This document shows positions 26,451-38,215 of a DNA stretch of 64,000 bases, in pieces (within the stretch, counting starts at the first letter, position 1; each line of letters begins with the position of its first letter). The notes under the pieces were generated by a model that had not been told where the DNA came from, searched no databases, and saw only the letters and a list, made by a program, of their open reading frames with translations. The translations under genes were made by a program, and so were the position numbers. Origin of the DNA: Phoronis australis (Eukaryota; Animalia; Phoronida); NCBI GenBank assembly GCA_002633005.1, contig NMRA01000321.1, forward strand, positions 49,311 to 113,310. The letters are read 5' to 3'.

Positions 26451-29349
26451 TATAAGTATTGTTGCCGCTACTGCGAACGATCAGCCAAACAAGGTCGTCC
26501 ATTACTCATACAACAAATGTTTTTTGATCATTGGTTCGTCTATACTAAAGTAATACTTTTGCCTACAACTAAATTTAAACACTGGTCGTAAACTTTTCAG
26601 ACATCCCGTAACTTCGCAACCATTCTGAATCCTGAGGACATGTCCTGTAAATTTACAATTTTGTGACTGCCTGTTTACTAGGGCACACTTCTTCTTCCTG
26701 AAATTATGCTCTTTGTTACAAGATTAAATAGGCTTCCTAACTAATGAGTCTAAATGCCTGAGGAAACTGTCTTTAAACAGACCTGATGACTTCAATAGCG
26801 ATCTGCTGACACACTGGTTGTTCGTATCTGCTATTCATATCTGCCGCCTGCTCTCGAAAATCATGAAATGAGACCGTCCCCTCGCGCATTAAAAAACGAG
26901 TGAAGCTTAGAATTAAAATGCTGCCAGGACGTTACAGTAATTTTATGTATTCACATATTACTTCTAAAATATGGGCAGTAAAGAAACATTAATAATCTAA
27001 CTGCCAACAACAAGGGCATCTAAGTAGGCGTCAACTGTGACACGGGCCTGTAGCAAGGTAAACTGGGTACACAGACATAATCAGTCTCGTCAATGCTAAC
27101 TTCCAATTTGAAACTTCATTCGAGAGGATAACAATTGTCCAACAAAATCTGCCTCCTAAGCGTTTTTGGTTTCACATACTTCTAGACTACATTTCTCTTA
27201 CCCTTGAATCCCCTATTTGTCCTACGAACTGAGCATTTGCCATGCAAATAATTATTCAAAATTACAACCTCATTGCCCAACGTAAAATTCACCTCTGGCA
27301 ATGAAATATTGCCCGAGGCTTTTTAAAATTGCTTTTTCCGCTTTATTTCAGCTACAAACTTCACAAAACAGACTTTAACGCAAGTTAGTTCAATCGAAAC
27401 ATGTAGCCCAAATAATTCTCATTCAATACAATTCTAAATACATTGTATTTTGTCATTTATCTGAATTTAATATGAAACTTTCACCTTAATTTTTATATTT
27501 GTGGTGCACCACCACCTAAAATGGCCGGCGTAGTGAGTGACAGCTGACTCATGCATTGCGGGTATTCACGTAACTGCAGCCATATGTAATGAGGTATCCA
27601 CGGAAACCCCGCCCACTTTTTGAAAAAAAAAATTAAAAATGTAGTAAACTAAGGCAAACAGAAAAAGGCTGAAAGTGACGAAATGCTTATAAGTTTGAGT
27701 GATATCTTTCGACTGTCGAAACTCATTCTGTGTTCTAAATTGGTGACTGCAAAGGAAAGTGTATCTTTAAGCAAAGCTTTTAAAATTACACTGCACTCGT
27801 TGAGCGCGCACTCAGCACGAACGAAAAAATCATTCAAAATTCGTTGTCGTGACGTGTGATGCCTGTAGTAAGTTTCATTGGCCAAAACTTTCTGTGGGTA
27901 TCTGCACTGGAAGCAAACATTTTTTTTTTATTTCACTCGGTACATTGCGCCCTTAATCGAGAGGATGTCTATGTATTATGAGCCGACGATGAAGTGCAAT
28001 TTCCCACGAGATGTGAGTTATCTTAACACAATGCCAACTCTGTATTGTGGTAGCGAATAATTAGTTCAAGAAGGCATAAATTGAAGGTCAAAGTGGCTGA
28101 AGATCATTAGACCATTGTTTTGAGGAAAAATACAGCTGTCCACAACATGCTCTTAGCGCAACGCCGGTTGTAGTAACGGTCAAGGTTGAGCTTGGGGCCT
28201 CGCATAAATTAGAAGTCCAGCCACAGGGCCTCCAAAAAGTTGTGGCGACCGACGGAAGAAGTGAAAAAATGTGGCAACCGAGACGCTAGTTCTTCCCTAA
28301 TCCCCTGAGCTAAAAAGCCCTCGATAAAACTTACTCAGTCACTGGGCAAGGTAGCTCGGTGACAGGTACGCGGGTACACACTCTCATTTGTAGTTTCAAC
28401 AGTTCTAAACCGCAAGCTCAAAATTTCCTGTTTACCTTCCATTCAACAAACAAAAAAGCAAGTCACTGAGATAAGAATTGCGTGGCCAAAAAGAATTTAT
28501 TCATGAGGATAATTAGACACAAACCCTTTAGTTGGCTGGGCTTCACACTCCTGACGCCATAGTGTGACCCATGCTACCCACGTTATCATTAAATATGCAT
28601 GCACACACTCATCTAGTATTAAACTTTCATTATGCACGCGCTGCAGTACCGCAGAAATCCTAGAACATCCACAATGATTGTCATTTATACGGAGTTCTGA
28701 CTCACAGTTCAGCGAATGAAAATAGCTTCGTCTTGGTTGTTGGATATATTCGTCGTAAAGCACAACGGATAGGCAGAGAATATTTTTATCCCTTTGAGAA
28801 GGTTGGTCAGCTTGCCGACTGGCGGTTGAATAAAAGTTTGGTTGAGTAACGTCTTCCCAGGGAAAGACGTCTGTGTTCTTGTCAGTCGTAAGAATGCTCT
28901 TCCCTCTTCACTTTAATTACTCTGAAACCTCGTCAAACAAATAGCCTACAAATTTTTGTTCAAGACATATTTCCAAATTAGGCTCCATCCACATTACGTC
29001 ACAGAATTTAATGTAGAATTAGCAAGTTCACTTTTTGATTTTCTGAAGGTGCACAATGGCCGCCGAGTAGAGTTGAATCACACTGAACTTCTCAAATGGG
29101 AGTTTAATTTGGAAAATATAAATTAACAGTTAGGTGATAATTTTCGATTGACGAGGATCACTCTATGTTTTAAACTCATTTGTCACAACTAAGGAAAATT
29201 GAGTGCCTTGTCACCTGCGTCCATGTATACGCCGCAGTAGTGGACAACCAATTCAGCCCTTTTCACAAGTATTCATAGCGTGGTTTATGTCGAAAAAAGT
29301 TTTGAAATAATAGATGTATAGTGAGTTATTTTCGTGACCCGTTTGAGAG

Positions 29350-29502
29350 GGACCTTGGTCAAGGAGCATACGTTGGTTGTAATAGGTCAGAGGTCAACGA
29401 TCGAGCCGATCGTCGTGACGTCATCCGCAAACCAGAATGAAGTGAAAATGAGGTCACGGGCCAAACTTGAATTGGTCAACTTAGACCCGGAAGTGACGTC
29501 AC
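29350..29502. promoter_or_regulatory. Dense cluster of TF motifs (DR1, two CRE, ETS-CRE composite)
   Basis: AGGTCAGAGGTCA 29384-29396; TGACGTCA 29416-29423; CCGGAAGTGACGTCA 29487-29501; GACCTTG 29351. Function not demonstrated. Confidence 0.35.
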
Positions 29503-31415
29503 CTCTTTGGGATCGTGACGGACTTATTCCCAACTGCTGCTCATTCAAAGCCTAATCAAACGTGTTTAAAACAAACAGAATTTATTATGGACTTTTCAAA
29601 ATACGTTTGGTATGGTGCATTGACCCACAAAATAGCCGCCGCAATTGAACGGCACTGAATTACAGGTAACAAACGCAAATACGTACGGGACTCTAATTTA
29701 CGAAATTTTAGTGTAGTCTCCCGATTAATGAAACTCTTCCTCTGTTCTAAAGGGGTGGGAATGTTGCATTTCACTGAGATATCTGGTATAATCTAGGTAT
29801 CAGAATAGATAAAAACTGTATTTTCCATAAACAATGAGATTTGTTTATGTACATTATTTATTTTTTGATGATGGTCGATTTATGTCTTAGCAACTTTTTT
29901 GTATTAAATATGGCTTTTCTCCAACATTTACCCATTTCCAGAGTCTAATAGGACCATATGTGAATATTTTAAAGTTAGGACAAATTCTGTTTTCACGATT
30001 TCCCTCCCACGCCGTGCTCCCCTGTTTTCTCGGACATTCTGTCTTATTCAAATCTATAATCGATTAGTAACCAAGTTCGACAAAAACCCTGAAAAATTTG
30101 AAAGTGGGAGCAGGCAATAAATATCACGACAACTAGAGATTGGTAAAAATGAGTTAAAGGATCTTCATTTGTACTGGTCTTATGGTATTGTACAATCTTT
30201 TTGGATGTCGTTTAGGGAACGGATTTGTCAAAAAACTGGTCAAGCTTTTGAACTAACGCCCATAGATATTTTTAGGATAATTTGATGGACCAAAAACATT
30301 TAATTTAATAATTTTTCTTGGGAAACTACATATATATATACGAAAGAAGACTGAAAAACCTTCAACGAAATGTAGAAGTTGCCAAAACGAAAATTATTAA
30401 TTACTATGATGTACAAAAATATATATTTAAAAAATTAAAATTACAAAAATTTTTGGACAGGTGGACCCTTATGGCTAATTTAGTTACCTGATTTTTTCTC
30501 TTTTTGTTATTATCCCCATAGGCGTGTGTTTGTGTGCGCGCGCGCGCGCGTGTGTGTACATGCGTGTGCGTGTGTGTGTAGTCATATTATTAGCAATACT
30601 GCTTATGCCAATAAAACATTTATAATAAAGAGAAGTTATCTAAAAGGCGCAACAACGATATGTAGATCATATTTCAACTTTGGTTGGCACAATCATTGCC
30701 TAAGGTGTGCACAACGCAGGATAATATTTGAATTTCCTGAGAATATGTACGTGTGGCATGGGCATCAGCATGAAACGGAATGCAGTATTTCAACGTTATC
30801 TTGCCTGTTCTGGATTTTCTCAGGCTATAACGACATTTAAATCAAAACCACATCGTAGCATCTAAATTTTAAAGCTCCCTAGGTACGCGTGGATTCTGAG
30901 AACGTTACGTCCGTCACTAAAAAAATGCCTTTGTCTCAAAAAATCTTTCAAATTTAAACTTTGATTTCATTAATGCGTATTGCGTGTGTGACGTCAACTT
31001 ATTGATGACGTCTAAACTCATACTTATAAATATGGCAATGAAAGTACCCATCAGGGTATTACCTGACTTGATGATCTTTCTAATGGCATATATCAGGGAT
31101 TGTGAACTTTACCAAGTGACGTATAGCGTCACTCACAGAAAACCTTTTGGACATCACAACGGCAATAGTTTCCATCATACTGGACGATTTTGAGGATGGT
31201 GGCTTGAGTGACGAATACTTAGATTCGAGTATCACTATGACTAAAGTGGATGGATTGGACAAATCAAAACGGTTCACTATGAATACATTGAAGACATTCT
31301 CGACGACATCACAGAAACACCACACGAGCATAAGGACAGTACAGCCGCTACAACCATAAGTTCAGAAAGAAAGCTCAAATCGTATCGTCCAACTACAGGA
31401 AATAGCAAAAGCAAA

Positions 31416-33617
31416 TTGAATCAGAATAATGACTTCATTGAAAACAGTGAAGTTATCAATGAGGTTGGTACTACGCAGCTGCAGGAGAAACGAAAAGAGA
31501 AGAAAGACGGTATATTTACAGGTGAAGGGCTTGGATACAATGATGATGCGATTGTTAAAGAAGACGGTTGTATAGTTGATGCAACCGAGGGTAAAAACGG
31601 ACGCGTTGCCGATGATACCGAAAGAAAGGATAGATACGTTCGCGGTGCAATAAATGGTAATGCTGGACGAGCCATAAACAGCGCGGGTGGCAACAACGGA
31701 CATGAACAGGATGTTTCCAAAGTAAATGACGGAAGCGAAAACGATGCTCATGACGTAAATGCCGAAGACGTGTCTGACGCTCCACATGATGGTGGTCCTA
31801 GACCAGGTGTTATATGTAAAAAACGCTACCATAGGCATACATGTAGGTCTGACACTACATGACAAATGTGATTCTATACATGGAACTCCGTGTGAAAATG
31901 GTGATGCTGAGCAAGATGCCACGTAAGGAAGTGATAATCCTGAGCATGATACTGTGTGTGAAAATGGTAATCCCGACCATAATATTCTGAATAGAAATGA
32001 GGGTCTTGGGTATGATACGTCATATGGAAATGGCGATCCTTACTATGATACTTATGGAAATGGTGACTCAGCGCATGATACTCCGAATGGAAATGGTGGT
32101 TCAGGGCATAATACTCCCTATGAAAATGGTGATCCAGGGGATGATACTCCGTATGGAAATGGTGATTTTGAGCATGATACTTCGTATAGAAATGTTGATT
32201 CTGAGCCTGATACTCCTTATGAAAATGGTGATCCGGGGCATCATGCTCTGTATGAAAATGGTAATCCTGAGCATGATACTATAAATGAAAATGATGGCCC
32301 AGGGAATGATACTACATATAGAAATAGCGATCCTGGCTCTGATACTTATGGGAATGGCGGTCCAGTATGGAAATGGTGATCCTGAGCCTAATGTTCCGGC
32401 CTATGAAAATAGTGAAATACGGGATGATACTCCGTATGGAAATGGTGATCCTGAGCCCAATATTCCGTATGAAAATGGTGATTCAGGACATGATACCTCG
32501 TATGGATATGGTGATCTTGAACATGGTACTCGACATGAAAATAGTGACCCAGGGCATGATACTCGGTATGGAGGTGATGATCCAGGGAATGATACTCAGT
32601 ATAAAAATGGTGATCCTGAACATAATGCTCCGTATGGAAATGGTGATCCAGATCATGATACTCCGTAGGAAAACGGTGATTTTGAGCCTAATACTTCGTA
32701 TGGAAATGGTGATTCTGAGCCAGATACTTTGTATGGAAATGGTGATCCAGGACATGATGCGCCGTATAGAAATGGTGATCCAGGGCAGGATGCTTCGTAT
32801 AGAAATAGGGATCCAGGGCACGATACTGCGTACAGAAACAGTGATACAGGGAATGGTACTGAGCATGGGAATGGTGAGCCCCTACCATGATGTTTCCTGT
32901 GGAAATGGTAATCCAGGGCATGATGCTCCGCAAGAAAATGATGACCGTGGCCCTGAGCATTGTCCACCGTATGAAAATGGTTACTCTGAGCAAGATGTTT
33001 TGTATGAAAACAATGAATCCGAGTATGGTTCTAATTATGAGAATGGTGATTTTGGTCATGCTTTGTATGGTACACTGTGTGGAAGTGCTGCTCTTGACCA
33101 AGATACTCCGTACGAAAATGACGATCTTAGGCATGATAACCCCTGTGAAAATAATGATCAAGCTGGCCATGAAACTCCGTATAAAAATAGTGATTCTGAG
33201 CATGAATCTACGAATGAAAAGTGGAATCCTGAGCATGATACTCTATATGAAGAAGGTGATTATGAGCATGATAATCCCTATAAAAATGTTGAATCTGGTT
33301 ATAATACTCCCCATGCAATTGTTGATCCTATGCATGGAAACGGTTCGTCAGGGCATGATACAAGTGTTGAAATCGGACCCGAAGAATCTCTTGCGAATAA
33401 AGAGCGAGAATCTCGTGGCACAGGCGACAACCATGGACTTGTAACTAACCGTACCAATGGAATCCTTGGAGAAATCATCGATGTATCTTGTGCCAACGAG
33501 GGACGTGTCGCTCATCTTACGGGTGACAGAGGTGGCCGAGTGGGACACTACACTTCTGTCAATAATGAAAGTGCTAAGGCGAGAAAAGAGTGTGCTGGGA
33601 CGATCATGGCCTTCTGA
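31416..33617 (+). pseudogene. Disrupted ORF for an acidic D/N/G/E/H/Y/P-rich protein with ~45 11-aa repeats (YENGDPGHDTP)
   Basis: 33-bp unit TATGAAAATGGTGATCCAGGGCATGATACTCCG over ~31870-33360. In-frame stops at 31924 (TAA) and 32666 (TAG); frameshifts near 31862, 32366 and 32880. A non-repetitive tail ends at TGA 33617. Confidence 0.55.
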
Positions 33618-34176
33618 AACAAAATAAAAGTCGTAAGGTTCTAAAGAATAAGACTCAAATGATGAGAAGAGACTATCCTGGTGGTGACGCCTGAAGAGTG
33701 AAATTTCACAGGAGACTGTACAGCACCAGTTTTATTTACAGTGTTTGGAATCATTATGTTAAATAATCTGTCGTGTAGCATTAATTTGCAGAATTTTCAC
33801 ACATTTTAAAGTGTAGATCTGCGTATTTTGAGCTTCAATACATGAAAGTATTTTGGCGGCCATTTAAGTTTTACGTTATTTGAAGTCGTTTTTCGACTGG
33901 TGTTGACTTCTGCTCGTACAAATACTTTGCGTGGAGGTCATACGGTTGGTCGCATGACTTGTTCTCTCAATCAAATTTTGTGTTTCAAAATTAGACCGAA
34001 TAACTGCAGGAATAGGGGTTCTTAAAAAATTGCTGTGAACCCAGCATGATATTTCGCCGCTCTCTCAGGCCGCCCTCCGGAGAGTAATTTACCCTTTTAT
34101 GGTATCTTCTCGGGGCAGCCGCCGGCTCCGATGCATACAAGGATTCACCACGATTCTTTACGGCCTAAATTAAAAC

Positions 34177-36660
34177 TTTTTTCATGATATTTTAAGTTTA
34201 TTAGATAACCAAGTAAGTGATTACATAACAAAAACAAGTCCTTACAGACAAGTATCGCCGGTCGTAACTAGCTGACTGAGTCACATTTATACACGTTTCA
34301 CACACACGCACAAACGAAACCTGATTATATTGTATACTAAATATTTTGCTGGAATATGGTTATAAAAATTTACCATTTGTTTTCAAAATATTCTAAGCAT
34401 CCATTTTTTGTGAAAATATACTTAAGCTTTTTCAGATAATAAGCCAATTCAATTTTGAAGACTGCGATGGAAGATACCTGGCTCCGCAATCGGCGGGATA
34501 AGATGCGTATTTTTGCTAGACATAAAATAACATTAAGTGACTTGCTCCTCTTCCTACTAAATCCAAATATAACAGTGAAAGCGTCTAGATTTTTGTTACA
34601 GAGTTTCTACAGATGATAGAAACTCGTATATTTTTTGCCAGAAAGTTTTCACGAAAGAACAGTCAAAGAACAAATGAACAATTTCCACTGACCTCGCATG
34701 ACAGAAGCTTCATAGATCAGAATCACTAGCTCCTATTTGTAACAACAGTTTGGTTGTTCCTATTATTCTATGGACAATTCTCATCTGTAGCCATTTTAAA
34801 CGTCATTGACTGGGCTAAAGTCAAAAGCGTTACGTAAGATATCTTGCAACTCAGATTCAGACTTTTCAATAATAAAATCAGCTTCCCAAGTTTGATAAAA
34901 ATTTTGGCCTTTTATATAAATTTTCCAAAGAAGTCTCGTAAAAATCCCGAGTTCTCTTCTTATCACGTGTCATATTTTGTAGCATGATCGCTCTCTTCAT
35001 AGAGATGTTCGTAATGTCCTTTTGATATATTCCTCACGAATATTTTCTAATTCGCGGGTTAGTTAACTCTTCCTCGGCTCCTCAAAAAAATTCTGATGTA
35101 AAATAAAGCTTAAAGTTTCAATACGCCTTTCCATGTCATTTTCTTTAGTACGATTTTGCTTCTTTTTATTGACTGGGAAGGGAATTGTCATTGTTCTTAT
35201 ATTATTCAGCACAACTTTAAATAGAAGTTTATCATTAATTGAAAACTGACAACAATCATTAAATTCAGAACGTTCGGGAAGAGTTACCTTATACTCATTA
35301 ACAGTATTTGCAATGACTTCTTTTACTTTATATATACGTCTTGTCAGACAACAAAGAGTTGTTAAATCGCCAAAATCCAGGTCCTTTTTATAATTGTAAT
35401 ATTTCAATGTTACTCTAATAGCTCAGTGATCAATTCTATATTCAAGTTGGTTTTTGCAGAAACCCCATGGGTTCCTCACAAACTACAAAATAGTGCCACC
35501 TAGCACACTTACGTGTATTTCTCTTAAACCATGTGTAACTTTTTCTTTCAGGATGCCCAACTCTCCAAGGGTCAAACAAATTTAGCCTAGCTTTCAACTC
35601 CTTAACTTTTTTATTGGACGAAGGATTGTTGTTGCACTTATAGTTACAAAAGTCTAAATCATAATCCTGGATGACGTTCCAATCCCCACAAAGAACCGCA
35701 AACTCTGATGCGTATTCATCGACTTGACTTCTGAGGTTTGAAAAAGATAGGTCACCTTTATTAGGATCATAGATGTTAAAAATAGGTATAGTGAATTTTG
35801 ACTCAACTATCAAATCTATAGCTAATAAATTCCCGGACGAGTCATGTTTGATATTTTGATATTAGAAACACTGTACTGAAAGTTGTTACCAAATAATATA
35901 GTAACTCCTCTAGAATTCCTCGACCCGGGGGAGCAGTAACACTCAGACCCCATTAAAATTTATTTAACCATGTCTATCATTTGTGCTAAAAAGTGGGTAT
36001 CCTGCAAACAATAGATTCTATGATTTTTATTTCTTAAGTAATCAAAAACATCCTTTCGTTTTACTAGGGAGCCCAATCCCCTACAATTTATTGTAAAGTA
36101 ACCATTAACACTTTGGCCGGTGAGAGCGTTCTAAATAACATCAGGGTTGGCGATCGCTTCACAGTATAGGGTCACTGTCTCTGCACTGTTGAATTCATGT
36201 ACCTAATCTCACTCACCATACCAAGACACACACAGCAATAAAACTGATTGCGTGATGCAGGCCTAGGATTGCTCTGAATACCTTGGTATCACAGCATGCC
36301 CCAGTTGAGCTGCTAAACAGAACATAGTTAGACCACACAAAAACAAATATCAGCTGAACAAGTTGCATCTTCCTTGAGCAACGAACTCAGCCGAGAAAAG
36401 CTCCCTGGAGAAAAACAATAATCGAAAAACGAGTTGGACTTCTAATTGACCAAATAAATCTGACGAACGTATGGTACAGAAAGCTAATTAGAATGAGAAA
36501 AAGAACAACAGCCTTACAGGCGACATAAAGTTCTACAGGATAGACTGAAATATACTTTAGTCGCTCAACACTTATGCTCCTTCCATTGTTCATCCCTAGC
36601 CTTTCGGACCTCCAACCCGACCTTGTCCGTTGTTCACGTATTCTTGTCAGCATATTTTGA
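34177..36660 (-). mobile_element. Degenerate L1/Tx1-clade LINE with the RT domain deleted
   Basis: APE endonuclease motifs TINCRGLG..KRKDVFDYLR...IYCLQDTHF, LCGDWNV, DPWR...KSYTW (~35400-36100). C-terminal Cys/His knuckle RIVHRIIGT...FC.....IVHLFFDC.FVKTFW (~34380-34800). AATAAA and A-rich tail at ~34177-34202 on -. Possible ORF1 remnant ~36550-36660. Confidence 0.85.
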
Positions 36661-37530
36661 GGTCTTAGATGCGATGTGTGCTATCTCTCCACGACGTCGG
36701 GGTTTTAAGAAATAAGTACCCACGTGCGGGCACAGCGCGGTCGGGCACTCCTAAAATGTCACGGTAATGTGGCATTTTGATGAATCGGGGTAAAAATTAA
36801 GCTACGTGGCGGGGCTATAGGAGCATAGTTCGAAAAGAAGTATGAGGGTAAACGATTCTTCGGATACGTAAAGGCCATGGTTCCCAGGATTTCCAGGTTT
36901 TCAGTTAGGGGAGGCCAGCTAGGCAGAATATTAGGCTACTGAACCAGGATTGAATATTAGGCTACTGAGCCAGGATTTTGTCCGTAAGACATTCTCACTC
37001 CGGAATTGCCTAATGGCGGAATCTGACACGGGGGAGGGCATGGCCCCCTGAGTCTAAATTCGCCACTGGCGGATTCCCTTTCGGCAGCCAAATGAGTATC
37101 CCACTGTCCAAAGTTATGGTTGACTAATTGACGCCGCCGGGGGACTAGGAATTGCCAAAGCAGGTCCCGATCGGCGAAACTCGATGTCAGTGGGTTTAGA
37201 GGAATGGCATGCCAACTTTTTGTAATGCATCGTGAAGTGCATCTTGCCTGGGCCTAAAACTGAGTTTGGTCCTCCAATGAAGTTTTTCAGTGGTTGACAC
37301 ATGTGTAGGCCTACCGTCTTGATTTCAATTTCTTAGTCGGGTATAGCACTGTACTTCATGATCATATATACCCATATACTCTCCTTATTAATATTTTGCA
37401 TATGGTATTAGTGAAATGATAAATTAGTATGATCAAAAACAAGCAAAACGGTAACTTACTGTGAATTTCAATTCTGAGTAGCCTGGCTCAGTGCCGACTA
37501 GCTGGCCGGCCTTACATTGGGAAACTAGGT

Positions 37531-37619
<89 letters not shown>

Positions 37620-37630
37620 CAGTAGTAGTA
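37531..37630. repeat. (AGC)~29 followed by (AGT)n, ~550 bp upstream of the POLR2J ATG
   Basis: Directly visible. Confidence 0.95.
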
Positions 37631-37929
37631 ATCTCTTATTTAAAAGTCGGCCGGTGAAACGTAATTAGCACAAGTACTAAAAAAGACAGGCCGGTCCGAT
37701 CCACTCTAAAACAAACCAGGGGATAGAGTTCAATGACACTAGTACCACCCTAAAAAGCCAAATTTCGCGAGATTCCGCGTGCTATTACATTTTCAATGAA
37801 AGCATGTGATTTTGGCTGAACTCAGTAGACTCAGCGCCTCTGAGCTCGGACTCGGAGCCGGNTTTTTTCCAAAATAAACAACATAAGAAGCACAAATGAT
37901 GCTTTTATAATAAGTCGAATAACCAGCGG

Positions 37930-38160
37930 ACTGCTTGGATGCATTATTGCGCAAAAACCGGAAACCGAAAAAGTAGCGCATGCGCAGACCACACAAACCA
38001 GCTCTGGATGCATTATTGGACAGGATGCATTATTGGACACGACACCGGCCCCAGACTAGGCCCAGGCTCACCGCGCATCGATTGGTGCCGACCAATCAAT
38101 TGCTTGTATTTCCAGAAGTGCGTAACTGTGAATATTGTTACATCCGGCGCAAAGGCACGA
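37930..38160 (+). promoter_or_regulatory. POLR2J housekeeping-type promoter
   Basis: NRF1-like GCGCATGCGCA 37976-37986, ETS-like ACCGGAAA ~37957, several ATTGG/CCAAT boxes (38015-38097), three GGATGCATTATTG repeats; CpG-rich. Confidence 0.55.
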
Positions 38161-38162
38161 CA

Positions 38163-38215
38163 ATGAACGCACCTCCGACTTTTGAATCATTTCTGCTATT
38201 TGAGGGCGAGAAAAA
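38163..38215 (+). CDS. POLR2J: RNA polymerase II subunit RPB11, exon 1
   Basis: MNAPPTFESFLLFEGEK(K); GTGAG donor; 53 nt. Confidence 0.96.

Noticed and set aside
31997-33444. Long M/I/V/L-rich ORFs (MEMVILS.., MKMVIQGMILR) and their antisense ORFs
   Set aside because: They are shadow frames of the 33-bp repeat, which lacks stops in those frames.
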